Shown: positions 9,241 through 18,869, counted from the stretch's first letter. The stretch is DNA of 64,000 nt from an uncultured Ktedonobacterales bacterium (GCA_964427535.1 CAYRVF010000006.1:3945-67944), one strand, 5' to 3'. Notes: generated from the letters alone by a model not told the origin. Made by a program: numbers and translations.

Positions 9241-11937
9241 CTTCGTCTTCGACGGCGCGAGCGGCAGCGTGAACCAGAAGACCGCACCCCCACCTTCATT
9301 GCTCTCGACGCCGACATGGCCGTTGTGCAGCTCCACGATGGATCGGCTGAGATAGAGGCCCAGGCCCAGGCCAACGCCCGAGCCGGAGACGACCTGAATG
9401 CCTGGCACACGATGGAAGCGCTCCCAGATGCGCGGGCGTTCCTCCACTGGTATGCCCGGTCCCGAATCGCGCACCTCGACACGCGCATGCCTGCCTTCTT
9501 TACGCACCGCCACCGTCACGGGGCAGTCGCTCGGCGAGTACTTCAGCGCGTTCGTCAGATAATTCGAGATCACCTGGCCGATGCGCATGGCATCCGCGAT
9601 TACCGGCAAGGAGCCGCGTGGACGCTCCAGCTCGATCGTGCGCTCGGGCTGTTGTAGCCGCTGCTCGTCGACAGCCTCGACGACGATCGATGCCAGATCG
9701 GCGGGCTCGGGGCGCATCTCCAGCTTGCCACGCTGGATGCGTGAGGTATCGAGCAGCTCGTCGATCAGCCGCTCCTGCCGCACGACAGACGTCTCCGTGC
9801 GCTCGATCAGCGTGTGGAGCTGTTGTGCCGTGGCTCGCAAGGTCTCCTCAGGCACCGGGTCAGTGACGAGTCGGATGGTACGCCTGCCCAGCAACTGGAT
9901 GTTCACCTTAATGGTCGTCAGCGGTGTGAGCAGTTCGTGGCTGGCAAGACTCAAGAATTCATCCATGCGCCGGTTCGCCTCGGCCAGTGCGAGCACACTT
10001 GCGCGCGCCTCTTCGCGCTCGCGCAGCAGCCGCTCACGCTCAATCACCACCGCGCCAAGCTGCGCCACCGCGCCCGCCAGCTCGATTTCTTCCATGGTGA
10101 AGGCATGTGGTGATCCGCCAAAATCCAGCGTGAGCATGCCGACAATCTGATTGCCTACCCGCATTGGCGCTGCCAGTGTAGTCGTCACACCGTAGGGATT
10201 GGGCAGCTCGTTGTAGGGCGGCTCGCGCATGTCGATGACGAAGATTTCTCCGCCTCGGAAGCGCTCTATCTGCTCAGGATCGGCGCCATCGCCCAACCGC
10301 ACACCCTGCGCTTCGAGTGCACGCTGCTCGTCCCACCAGCGAGCCTCCACATCGGGAGGCAGGCCCACGACGGCGATCGCCCGCATAATCTGCGTCTCCG
10401 GGTCCACCGCTGTCACGCCCACGCGTGTGCAGCCCAGCACGCCGCATGTCAGCACGGCGATGCGGTGCGCGATCGCGTTGCGCCTTACCTCGTCAGAAGG
10501 CTCTCGGTCAGAAGGCTCTCGTACGGCGTCAGCCTCCTGGCCAACTGCCGAGGGCAGGTCCACCAGCGTCTGCGCCATCTCCAGCAGCGCTTCCAGCGCA
10601 TCGCGCGTGCGGCGTTCGAGCGCGATGCGCTCCGTCGCGTCCCGGAAGACCGCGACGCCGCCGATGACATGGCTGTCCGCGTCCAGCAGAGGCGCGCCGG
10701 TAACGCGCAGCCGGCGATGCGACCCGTCGAGCAGGTCCACGCGCAGATCCTGCTCGGGCAGATCCCGCAACGTCTCGCCATGCAGCAGCCGGTACGCGGG
10801 CGTGCGTTCGATGGGCAGTGGGCTGCCAGAGCTATCGCGCAAGACGCCCAGCCCCACGCGCTCCCCGAGCGGAAGGGAGTGTTGCTCCGTCTCTACGGCA
10901 CGCTGGAACAGGCTCCGCGCGGCCGTGTTGAAGCGTCGAATGCGGCCCTCGGCGTCATACACCACTACGCTGTCCGACATGTTCTCGAAGATGGCTTCGA
11001 GCTCGGTGGCCCGTTCGGCGAGCTGATGCTCAAGCTGGCGGCGCTCGGTCACATCGCGGTAAACCAGCACCGCCTTCTCGACGCGTCCGTGCTCGTCACG
11101 AATCGGGCTGCCTGTCACGCTGAGCAATACGTCACGTCCGCGCGCATTGCGTACCCACAGGTCGACCGCGCTCTCGCCGGTGAGCGTCTCGCCCCGCAGC
11201 ACGCGCGAGAATGCCGACGACTGCTCGGAAATCCGATGCCCCTCCGAGTCGCGCACCATGAGCATCTCGCGCCGCTCGGCGACCGTGTGCGCGAAGAAGT
11301 CCTCGTGCGCGTCGAGCGCGAAGAGCGCACGGTAGGCGGCATTCGTCTGCAGTACCCGTCCGTCAGCCGAGTAGACGGCCACGGCATCGGGGATCGTCTC
11401 AAGCATGGCGACAAGCTCGGCGGCGTTGAGCGTACGTTCGCGCTCGTCGCGTCGCTCGTGCGTGACGTCACGTGCCAGAGCGAGCGCGCCAATCACCTGC
11501 CCGTCGGCGTCCCTGACGGGTGCTCCCGTGAAGATCACGACACGCTCGCTGCCATCAGACATGCGCCCCCACACCTCCAACGGGGCATCCATGGAGATCG
11601 TCTCACCGGCGAGCAGGCGGGTGATATACCACTCCTCACGCGGCAGTGGTCGTCCATCCGGCCGGCGCGGGGCAAGCAACGGCGTCCACTCGTCTGGGCT
11701 GAGCGCGCTCACTCCAGGGAGCGCATCGAGGGCGATCAGGATACGCGCCTGCGCGTTCGCGCGCACGATCTGACCCTCCGCGTTATGCAGGAACGCCGCC
11801 GCCGGAAGTGTATCGAGCACTGCCGCGAGGGGTGTGCTCAAGAGGTCCTCGTCGGCATCGCCAAGATCGGTCACCGCCGGCACAAATTGCCGCTCCGACG
11901 GGTCTCCGGCGGGGCTCCGGTCATCGCGGAGGTTCAT
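9232..11937 (-). CDS. multi-PAS/GAF sensor histidine kinase (cytoplasmic, no adjacent response regulator)
   Basis: ORF 9232..11937, 901 aa. Repeated PAS-like modules (repeated ...GRV.../...RDVTER... signatures) and a GAF-like segment. HisKA H-box FLSLASHELLTPLTTI. HATPase motifs NYLTNALKYSP, VRDSGPGIP, GSGVGLGLGLYLS. No obvious TM segments. Confidence 0.9.
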   Translation of the reverse strand: MNLRDDRSPAGDPSERQFVPAVTDLGDADEDLLSTPLAAVLDTLPAAAFLHNAEGQIVRANAQARILIALDALPGVSALSPDEWTPLLAPRRPDGRPLPREEWYITRLLAGETISMDAPLEVWGRMSDGSERVVIFTGAPVRDADGQVIGALALARDVTHERRDERERTLNAAELVAMLETIPDAVAVYSADGRVLQTNAAYRALFALDAHEDFFAHTVAERREMLMVRDSEGHRISEQSSAFSRVLRGETLTGESAVDLWVRNARGRDVLLSVTGSPIRDEHGRVEKAVLVYRDVTERRQLEHQLAERATELEAIFENMSDSVVVYDAEGRIRRFNTAARSLFQRAVETEQHSLPLGERVGLGVLRDSSGSPLPIERTPAYRLLHGETLRDLPEQDLRVDLLDGSHRRLRVTGAPLLDADSHVIGGVAVFRDATERIALERRTRDALEALLEMAQTLVDLPSAVGQEADAVREPSDREPSDEVRRNAIAHRIAVLTCGVLGCTRVGVTAVDPETQIMRAIAVVGLPPDVEARWWDEQRALEAQGVRLGDGADPEQIERFRGGEIFVIDMREPPYNELPNPYGVTTTLAAPMRVGNQIVGMLTLDFGGSPHAFTMEEIELAGAVAQLGAVVIERERLLREREEARASVLALAEANRRMDEFLSLASHELLTPLTTIKVNIQLLGRRTIRLVTDPVPEETLRATAQQLHTLIERTETSVVRQERLIDELLDTSRIQRGKLEMRPEPADLASIVVEAVDEQRLQQPERTIELERPRGSLPVIADAMRIGQVISNYLTNALKYSPSDCPVTVAVRKEGRHARVEVRDSGPGIPVEERPRIWERFHRVPGIQVVSGSGVGLGLGLYLSRSIVELHNGHVGVESNEGGGAVFWFTLPLAPSKTKRT

Positions 11938-12280
11938 AGATGTCGTGTCTCCATAGAAGCGCGGGCGCGTGCTCGGGGAGCCGCTCTACATCGGCGCGCC
12001 GAGCAGAAGAGCATGCGGAGGGAAGCATACTCCCCGTCGAGTGCCCCCAGACAGGCAGCATACCGCATGCCAGCTCTTCCCGTCCGGACACCTGTTGCGC
12101 AGTAGCATACTCCATGCGCGAACGATACGGTAGCCCGCCAGTCCGCGGTAGTTCCTCTCCAGCCAACCCTGTCTGCTAGAAGGGGAGAGACACCCTGGGG
12201 GAAAGGCCTTCGCGCACGCGCCCAGGACTTGCTACCATTTCCTCCAGAGGCGCTGTGTTGGATGGAAAGGAGCCCGAGCC

Positions 12281-13822
12281 GTGAAGGTCGTGACGGTTGA
12301 TGAGATGCGCGAGATCGAGCGGCGCGCGGGCGAAGAGTACGGGTTGACGTCGCCAATTCTGATGGAGCACGCCGGGCGCAGCGTGGCCGAGCATCTGCGC
12401 GCGTTTCTCGGCGGCGACGTGACGGGCTGCGACGTACTGGTGCTTCTCGGGCCAGGCAACAACGGCGGCGACGGCCGTGTGATGGCACGCTTCCTGGCCG
12501 AGTGGGGCGCGCACATCACCCTCTGGAGCTGGCGCGAGCGGCGTCTCGAAATCGGCGAGACGCTTGTGCCGACCGGCGACGACCTCGGGCCCCTGCGCGC
12601 CGCCATCGCCCGTGCCGACGTAGTCGCCGACGCGATTCTTGGCACCGGCCACTCGCGTCCCCTCGACCCGCTGATGCGCGCCGCGCTGGCCCTCGTGCGC
12701 GACGAACGCGCGCGCAGGCCCGAGCTCGCCGTGCTGGCCGTCGATCTGCCCAGCGGTCTCAACGCCGACACCGGCGAGGTCGACGAAGGCACGCTCCCTG
12801 CCGATCTCACCGTCACGCTCGCCTTCCCCAAGGTTGGCCTGCTGCTCTTCCCTGGCGCCGAGTATGTCGGCGAGCTGGCCGTGGGAGACATCGGCCTGCC
12901 GCCAGACATGCCCATCTCGACGGGTATGGATCTGGTAGATGCGCCGATGCTTCGCCCGCTGCTGCCCGCGCGTCCGCTGGATAGCAACAAAGGCACGTAC
13001 GGCAAAGTGATGGTCGTCGCGGGCTCCTCGCTCTATATCGGCGCGGCGTATCTGGCGACGGCCGCGGCGGCACGCATCGGCGCGGGTCTCGTGACCTTCG
13101 CCACAACCGCCGAGCGCGCGCCGTTCTACGCCACCAAGCTCACCGAGGCGACCTACGCCCTGCTGCCCGACGAGCAGCACGCCTCGCCTGAGGACCGCGC
13201 CCAGTCACTGCTGCGGGCGCTCGCTGGCTACCGCGCCGCCGTCATTGGCCCGGGGCTGGGCCAGTCGGACGAGACACGCGCCTTTCTGGAGCACGTCTTC
13301 GCGGGCATCCAGCGCATGGACGACGCCGAGCGTCCGTGTCTGATCGTCGACGCCGACGGCCTGAACAACCTCGCCCATCTGGAGCGCTGGTGGGAGCGGC
13401 TGCCGCGCGACACGGTGATCACCCCGCACCCCGGCGAGATGACGCGGCTGCGCGGCGGCGAGAAGGTCTCCGGCGGCGGCGCGGACCGGCTGGATGTCGC
13501 GCGCGAGTCGGCGCCGAAGTGGGGTCTCGTCGTCGTGCTGAAGGGCGCGACCACGCTCATCGCCTCGCCAGAAGGCCAGCTTCGCGCGAACTGGCCGGGC
13601 AATCCGGCGATGGCAAGCGCGGGGACCGGCGACGTGCTCTCGGGAACGGTCGGCGGACTGCTGGCCCAGGGCCTGCTCCCCTTCGACGCGGCCAGCGCCG
13701 CCGTCTACCTGCACAGCCGCGCGGGCCTGCGAGTGAGCGCGCGCATCGGCGATGCGGGCCTGCTCGCCAGCGATCTGCTCGACGAGCTCCCCCTCGCCCT
13801 GCGCGATGTAAAACGCGGGTAG
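12281..13822 (+). CDS. nnr: bifunctional NAD(P)H-hydrate repair enzyme (epimerase / ADP-dependent dehydratase)
   Basis: ORF 12281..13822 (GTG start, AAGGAG upstream). N-terminal YjeF_N pattern VDEMREIERRA...LMEHAGRSVA...GPGNNGGDG. C-terminal carbohydrate-kinase pattern GTYGKVMVVAGS...TPHPGEM...GTGDVLSG. Confidence 0.92.
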   Translation: MKVVTVDEMREIERRAGEEYGLTSPILMEHAGRSVAEHLRAFLGGDVTGCDVLVLLGPGNNGGDGRVMARFLAEWGAHITLWSWRERRLEIGETLVPTGDDLGPLRAAIARADVVADAILGTGHSRPLDPLMRAALALVRDERARRPELAVLAVDLPSGLNADTGEVDEGTLPADLTVTLAFPKVGLLLFPGAEYVGELAVGDIGLPPDMPISTGMDLVDAPMLRPLLPARPLDSNKGTYGKVMVVAGSSLYIGAAYLATAAAARIGAGLVTFATTAERAPFYATKLTEATYALLPDEQHASPEDRAQSLLRALAGYRAAVIGPGLGQSDETRAFLEHVFAGIQRMDDAERPCLIVDADGLNNLAHLERWWERLPRDTVITPHPGEMTRLRGGEKVSGGGADRLDVARESAPKWGLVVVLKGATTLIASPEGQLRANWPGNPAMASAGTGDVLSGTVGGLLAQGLLPFDAASAAVYLHSRAGLRVSARIGDAGLLASDLLDELPLALRDVKRG

Positions 13823-13839
13823 GGCCTCATCCCCCCAAT

Positions 13840-13877
13840 CCCCTTCCCCCTTGCGAGGGGAAGGGGGAGCGACTGCC
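13840..13877. repeat. REP-like hairpin repeat, copy B1
   Basis: CCCCTTCCCC (13840-13849) pairs with GGGGAAGGGG (13857-13866); tail GAGCGACTGCC. Confidence 0.6.
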
Positions 13878-13908
13878 GTTGCCTGCCGGCACTGTGCTCG
13901 TTCTACGA

Positions 13909-13950
13909 TCTCCCCTCTCCCTGCCGGGAGAGGGGCCGGGGGTGAGGCCC
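13909..13950. repeat. REP-like hairpin repeat, copy B2
   Basis: CCCCTCTCCC (13912-13921), loop TGCC, GGGAGAGGGG (13926-13935); tail CCGGGGGTGAGGCCC. Confidence 0.65.
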
Positions 13951-14006
13951 CCACATCCTCACCTCAACTCAACTGCCCCCATCCACCACACTAGCCCAAT
14001 CAGCGA

Positions 14007-14045
14007 CCCCTTCCCTCAAGGGAAGGGGGTAGGGGGTTAGGTTCC
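14007..14045. repeat. REP-like hairpin repeat, copy B3
   Basis: CCCCTTCCC (14007-14015), loop TCAA, GGGAAGGGG (14020-14028); tail GTAGGGGGTTAGGTTCC ends immediately before the peptidase stop codon. Confidence 0.65.
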
Positions 14046-16139
14046 TCACCGTCCAAACTGTCGCAGCAGAAACGCCCAGGTATCGGCCGTCTCGGCGTTG
14101 ACCTGCTGCTTCGTCGAGCCCATGCCGTGCCCGCCCTGGTACTCGACCCGCAGCAGCACCGGCCTCCCCGACGATGTCGCCGCTTGCAGCCGCGCCGCCA
14201 TCTTCATCGCCATCCACGGCTCGACGCGGGGATCGTTGGCCCCCGTGGTCAGCAGCACCGCCGGATACGCCACGCCGTCGCGCACCTTCCGATACGAGTC
14301 GATGATCTGGAGCGCGCGGAAGCCCTCCTCCGTCGTGACCGAGCCGAACTCCAGAATGTTCGGCACGCCGTTCTCGGTGAACTCGGAGCGCAGCGCGTCC
14401 GTGACTGGCACGTTCATGACCATGACCGCCCAGAGATCGGGCCGCTTTACCAGCGCGCCGCCGCTGGGGATGCCGCCCGCGCTGCCACCTTCGCCAGCTA
14501 GCAGCTCCGGCCGGGTATATCCCTCGCGCACGAGATACTCAGCCGCCGCGATGAAGTCGTCGATGGTGTTCTGCTTGTTCAGCTTCTGGCCAGCCTTGTG
14601 CCACTCGTCGCCGTACTCCCCTCCGCCGCGGATATGCGCCACCGCCAGCACGCCGCCACGTTCGAGCCAGGCCAGCCATGTCGGGCGGAATCCCGGTGTC
14701 AACGAGATGCCATACGACCCATAGCCCATGAGCAGGGTCGGGCGCGAACCGTCGAGCGCGATACCCTTCGGCGTGAGAATCGAGACGGGAATCCGCGTAC
14801 CATCTGGCGCGGGCGCGAATACCTCACGCACCTCTACGCCGCTGAAATCCACTTGAGAGGGAGGCTGCCATCCAGTGTCGTCAAGCTGGCCGAGGCGTAT
14901 ATCCAGCCGGTAGATGCGCGGCGAGACGGTCCACGAGGTAAGCTGCACCAGCGCCTCCGACGAGCTAGGTGAGGTCGCGAGCGCCGTTAGGCTGCCATCC
15001 ACGGGGAGCGCGATCGGCTCAGGTGCGCCTGCCGTTCCTTCCGCCAGGCGTACCTTGCGCAACCGGTTCACGCCGCCGTCGAGATCGACCACCAGCAGCG
15101 TCTTCCCGGCGGCCGCTATCTCCTCGATCACCGCGCGGCTCTCTGGCACGATCACCCGCGCCGACGCGATATCCGGCTGGCCGAGCGGCGTGGCGAGCAC
15201 CTGGTAGCGCGGCGCTCCGGCGTGCGAGAGCAGGTAGAGCATCGTCTCGTCGAGGTCGACAGAGATCACGCCGTCTTCTACGTCGGCAACCTTTGTCCAG
15301 CGCGCGGCGCTCGGGTGTTCGAGATCCGCGAGCGGGGCGACGTAGATGGTGCGCTCGTTCTGGTCGCCATGCTGCACAACGCCGACCATCCACACGCTCT
15401 CCGGCGTCACCCGCAGCGAGGGAATATCCACCGGCTCCAGCGTGACACCCGGATGCACGCCGATGCCGAAGACGGCGACATCCTGTTCGACGGGCGTGCC
15501 CAGACGGTGCAGATACATACGGCTGGAGGTGTAGCGATTGGCCTCGCCGCCGTCCTCTGCCGCGAGCGGCGAGCGATTAAAGAGGAACACCTGACTATCG
15601 GCGAGCCAGACGACCGCGCCATAGATCGCGCGGGGGATGGCGATGTCGAGCGGCTGACCAGTCTCCGCGTCGAGCACGTGCAGCTCGCTCTCCTCCGAGC
15701 CACCTTGAGAGATGCCATACGCGACGTAGCGCCCATCCCAGGACGCCTCATAATAGTCTATGGCGCTATGCACCTCGCCGCTCAGCGTGTTCGGGTCGAG
15801 CAGCACACGCTCGGCGCCGCCATCCAGCGGACGCGTGACCAGCTTGCCTAGGTTCTCGCCAGGATCACGCCGCAGATAGAACACCCGCGTCCCGCGCAGC
15901 TGCAGCCCGTAGAGCGCCGGAGTGGCGTCGCTCAGCTCCGAGATGCGTGCCAGCAGGACGTCGCGCTCGGGCAGCGACTCGAGGTATTCGCGGGCATAGT
16001 CGGCCTGGGCACGCATCCACGCCTGCGTCTCCTCGCTCTGCTGCTGCTCCATCCAACGGTATGGATCGTCGACCGTCACGCCGAAGTGTGTCTCGCGGAC
16101 ATTCTCCACACGCGCGGCAGGTGGTTGGCCAGTCTGCAT
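14046..16139 (-). CDS. prolyl oligopeptidase family serine peptidase (S9A)
   Basis: Same frame as ORF 14046..16307. Start moved to ATG 16139 (AAGGAG 5 nt upstream) because MQTGQPPAARVENVRETHFGVTVDDPYRWME is the usual POP N-terminus. Catalytic GEGGSAGG serine motif and the C-terminal Asp/His region are present. Confidence 0.9.
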   Translation of the reverse strand: MQTGQPPAARVENVRETHFGVTVDDPYRWMEQQQSEETQAWMRAQADYAREYLESLPERDVLLARISELSDATPALYGLQLRGTRVFYLRRDPGENLGKLVTRPLDGGAERVLLDPNTLSGEVHSAIDYYEASWDGRYVAYGISQGGSEESELHVLDAETGQPLDIAIPRAIYGAVVWLADSQVFLFNRSPLAAEDGGEANRYTSSRMYLHRLGTPVEQDVAVFGIGVHPGVTLEPVDIPSLRVTPESVWMVGVVQHGDQNERTIYVAPLADLEHPSAARWTKVADVEDGVISVDLDETMLYLLSHAGAPRYQVLATPLGQPDIASARVIVPESRAVIEEIAAAGKTLLVVDLDGGVNRLRKVRLAEGTAGAPEPIALPVDGSLTALATSPSSSEALVQLTSWTVSPRIYRLDIRLGQLDDTGWQPPSQVDFSGVEVREVFAPAPDGTRIPVSILTPKGIALDGSRPTLLMGYGSYGISLTPGFRPTWLAWLERGGVLAVAHIRGGGEYGDEWHKAGQKLNKQNTIDDFIAAAEYLVREGYTRPELLAGEGGSAGGIPSGGALVKRPDLWAVMVMNVPVTDALRSEFTENGVPNILEFGSVTTEEGFRALQIIDSYRKVRDGVAYPAVLLTTGANDPRVEPWMAMKMAARLQAATSSGRPVLLRVEYQGGHGMGSTKQQVNAETADTWAFLLRQFGR

Positions 16140-16262
16140 GGTCACTCCTTGTACAGCGGATACGCTTCGTCCGGGAAGTTCGACTCCGCTCCGGCTTCGG
16201 CACCAGTATACGACGCCTCTCCCTCGCCGCTCCGGTTGCCCTTGTCGCCCGCGACGTGCCCG

Positions 16263-16298
16263 GCATGCCTTGCCCCTATGAACGGGGGCAAGGCATGC
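16263..16298. promoter_or_regulatory. perfect 14-bp inverted repeat in the peptidase/marR divergent intergenic region
   Basis: GCATGCCTTGCCCC (16263-16276), 8-nt spacer, GGGGCAAGGCATGC (16285-16298). Confidence 0.35.
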
Positions 16299-16452
16299 TT
16301 CGCTCACCCCCCGCCATAGACACAGGCATCTCGCTGGAGTACTCTATAGTTAGACAAACGAACGATCTCCGCCGCCCCTGCCTGCCCGCTCGGTCTCTTC
16401 AGCAACGCTCCAGAGGCAGTTTGACATCCCCACCCGCAAAGGAGGTGCGCGC

Positions 16453-16953
16453 ATGGGCACGCCTCACGATCCGGCAGACCCGCGCCAGCCGCTCACGACG
16501 GCCACCCAGGACGCGATCGACCCGACGGACACGCTGGCCATCGCGAACCGGCTGCGTCCGGTGCTACTGCGCATCCACCGCTATCTGCGCGACGACGCGC
16601 ACGAGCTGGGCGTCACCAGCACGCAGGCCAGCCTGCTCGGCACGGTCCACCACATGCCGGGCATCGGCGTCAACGAGCTCGCAACCCACGAGCACATGAG
16701 CGCCCCCACCCTTGTCAGCCACCTCGACCGGCTGGAGGCGATGGGCCTGGTCGAACGCAGTCGCGACAACCCTGCGGACCGCCGGCGCGTCGGGTTGCGG
16801 CTCACCGACAGAGGCGAGCAGACGTTACAGACGCTCCGCGAGCGGCGCACCGCCTGGCTGGCGACCCGGCTCGAGACCCTCTCACCCGAGGAGCTTGCCG
16901 CCGTCGCAGCCGCCATCGATCCCTTGCAGCAGTTAGTGAGGCGCGGCGAATGA
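16453..16953 (+). CDS. MarR-family transcriptional regulator
   Basis: ORF 16453..16953 with AAAGGAGG upstream. Winged-helix region LGVTSTQASLLGTVHHMPGIGVNELATHEHMSAPTLVSHLDRLEAMGLVERSRDNPADRRRVGLRLTDRG. Confidence 0.9.
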   Translation: MGTPHDPADPRQPLTTATQDAIDPTDTLAIANRLRPVLLRIHRYLRDDAHELGVTSTQASLLGTVHHMPGIGVNELATHEHMSAPTLVSHLDRLEAMGLVERSRDNPADRRRVGLRLTDRGEQTLQTLRERRTAWLATRLETLSPEELAAVAAAIDPLQQLVRRGE

Positions 16954-18248
16954 GGATCTCGCTTCGCGCGTCCACCGGATTGCAGTTGGGTAGCCGCACC
17001 TTTACGAGTCTGCGCCACCACTACAACTACCGTCTGTATTTCGCCGGGCAACTGCTTTCGCAGACCGGCACCTGGCTGCAAAGCGCGGCGATGGCCTGGC
17101 TGGTGCTCACGATGACGCACTCCGCCTTCGCCGTTGGCGTGCTCTCGTTCTGGCAATTTGGGCCGTATGCCGTGCTGGGCCTCTTCGGCGGCGCCATCGC
17201 CGACCGGCTCGATCACCGCGTCACGCTCATCGTCACCCAGACGGTGCTCGCGCTCTGCAGCACGGCGATGGCGGTGCTCACGCTGCTCCACGTCGTCACC
17301 GTGCAGGAGGCGTACATTATCGCGGCACTGCGCGGGCTCTCGCTCGTGCTCAACAATCCGAGCAGGCAGGCATTCATTCTGCAGATGGTCGGACGCGAGG
17401 AGCTGCCGAACGCGATCGCGCTCAATTCGAGCCTGGTAAATGCCACGCGCATCATTGGTCCCGGTATCGCGGGCGTCCTCATCGCGGCGTTCGGCGTGGG
17501 CATCTGTTTCAGCATCGACGCCGTCAGCTACTTCGCCGTCATCGTGGCGCTGCTGCTGATGCGCGTCAAAGACCTGACCCCGATCGAGCGCCGTCCGCAG
17601 CTCTCGGTGCTACGGAGCACGGGCGAGGGACTGCGCTACGTCTGGCGCACGCCGACAGTGCTGCTCGTGCTGACGATGTTCCTCTTCATCTGCACCGCGA
17701 GCATTAACTTTACCGTGCTGCTGCCCCTCGTGGCGAGCAACACCCTCGGCCAAGGCGCGCAGGTCTTCGGACTGCTGACTTCGTGTTTCGGGGCGGGTGC
17801 TCTCATCGGCGCGTTGATCTCGGCGTCCTTCGCCACGGCCACCTGGCGCATTCTGCTGGTCAGCGCGGCAGGATTCGGCCTTGGCGAGGTGCTGCTGGCG
17901 CCGCAGAAGACGCTCCTCGGCGCGATTGTGTTGCTGATGGCCACGGGCGTCTGTTACACGCTGTACACGTCGAACACCAACTCGCTCGTGCAGCTCAACA
18001 CGCCGGGCTACCTGCAAGGGCGAGTCGCCGGGCTGTATAGCTACATCTTCGCGGGCACCAGTCCGCTAGGTGCGCTGCTCGCCGGTGGATTGGCGGAGCG
18101 CGGCGGCACACAGCTCGCCTTCTTCGTCGCGGGCGGCACAGCGCTCGTCTTCGCCGCGTACGGGGTCGTCCAGGTGCGGCGCGGCTATGTTGCCGAAGGG
18201 CGTCCCTGCTCCGACGACGTAGCCTCCGACGACGTCGAACCGGTCTAG
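16950..18248 (+). CDS. MFS transporter (MFS_3 / enterobactin-exporter-like family)
   Basis: ORF 16950..18248. The ATGA overlap with the marR stop suggests translational coupling. There are 12 predicted hydrophobic segments. N-terminal FTSLRHHYNYRLYFAGQLLSQTGTWLQ is typical of this family. Confidence 0.88.
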   Translation: MRISLRASTGLQLGSRTFTSLRHHYNYRLYFAGQLLSQTGTWLQSAAMAWLVLTMTHSAFAVGVLSFWQFGPYAVLGLFGGAIADRLDHRVTLIVTQTVLALCSTAMAVLTLLHVVTVQEAYIIAALRGLSLVLNNPSRQAFILQMVGREELPNAIALNSSLVNATRIIGPGIAGVLIAAFGVGICFSIDAVSYFAVIVALLLMRVKDLTPIERRPQLSVLRSTGEGLRYVWRTPTVLLVLTMFLFICTASINFTVLLPLVASNTLGQGAQVFGLLTSCFGAGALIGALISASFATATWRILLVSAAGFGLGEVLLAPQKTLLGAIVLLMATGVCYTLYTSNTNSLVQLNTPGYLQGRVAGLYSYIFAGTSPLGALLAGGLAERGGTQLAFFVAGGTALVFAAYGVVQVRRGYVAEGRPCSDDVASDDVEPV

Positions 18249-18311
18249 CAGGGAAGCTCATCAAGAGCGGCCAGACGATTCCCTCTCCGGCCGCCACACT
18301 CCCGAGCAGGC

Positions 18312-18869
18312 TCACTGCGGCAGAGCCTCGCGCACGGTGCCCGCTTCGAGATCGAAGTAATGGCGCCGTATCAGCATCGGATTCTTGCCAAAGAGCACCA
18401 GCTCCTTCGCTGTGCCACCCATCCCTTGCTGCGAGTGGATGTCGTGGGGCGGCGCCATCCATACCACGTAGTCGCCTACCCCAAGCTCGCGCTCATACAG
18501 GAGGCGCAGACGCGCATGGCCGGGATTATCGCCCGCATCCATGCGCTCCCACTGCATGTAGCGATCATGGCCCGCCACTACACAGGCGATCCCCCACGAA
18601 TCGTGGTCGTGAACGGGCGTAGGCGCGGCGGCGGGGAACTCGGCCAGCATCAGTGTGAGCGCAGCGTCGCCGAGGGACGCCACGATCGTCGACGTGGCCG
18701 CGCTGTCGTGCATCGGCCTCATCTTGTCGTCAAAGATGAGGCCCGGCTCCCGCACCAGCTCCGCCAGGCGCTCACCCACCTGCCGCACGCTCGGCTCGGT
18801 CACACCCTCGCGGGCGAGAAAGGTCTGCGTCTCCCGCATGAAGCGGGTGATAGCCTCGTGCGTCGACAT
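18312..18869 (-). CDS. cupin-fold thiol dioxygenase-like protein (cysteine dioxygenase type I family-like)
   Basis: Same frame as ORF 18312..18983. Start ATG 18869 has GGAAGGAG upstream. Metal-binding-like PTPVHDHDSWGIACVVAGH ... PPHDIHS pattern. Last gene of the sulfur operon. Confidence 0.65.
   Translation of the reverse strand: MSTHEAITRFMRETQTFLAREGVTEPSVRQVGERLAELVREPGLIFDDKMRPMHDSAATSTIVASLGDAALTLMLAEFPAAAPTPVHDHDSWGIACVVAGHDRYMQWERMDAGDNPGHARLRLLYERELGVGDYVVWMAPPHDIHSQQGMGGTAKELVLFGKNPMLIRRHYFDLEAGTVREALPQ

Noticed and set aside
10465-12105. 546-aa ORF on the plus strand
   Set aside because: Entirely antisense to the well-supported histidine kinase gene. Arg/Ala/Pro-rich with no motifs. 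A typical high-GC shadow ORF.
12176-13180. 334-aa and 257-aa minus-strand ORFs overlapping nnr
   Set aside because: Antisense to nnr, which has clear family motifs. The composition is low-complexity Arg/Gly/Ala.
16140-16307. Long N-terminal extensions given by the ORF track for the peptidase, and similarly for sseA, the SARP regulator, metC, the thioesterase, solA-like and others
   Set aside because: In each case an internal ATG or GTG preceded by a GGAGG-type site coincides with the point where family-typical sequence begins. The upstream extension is Arg/Pro/Ser-rich filler.
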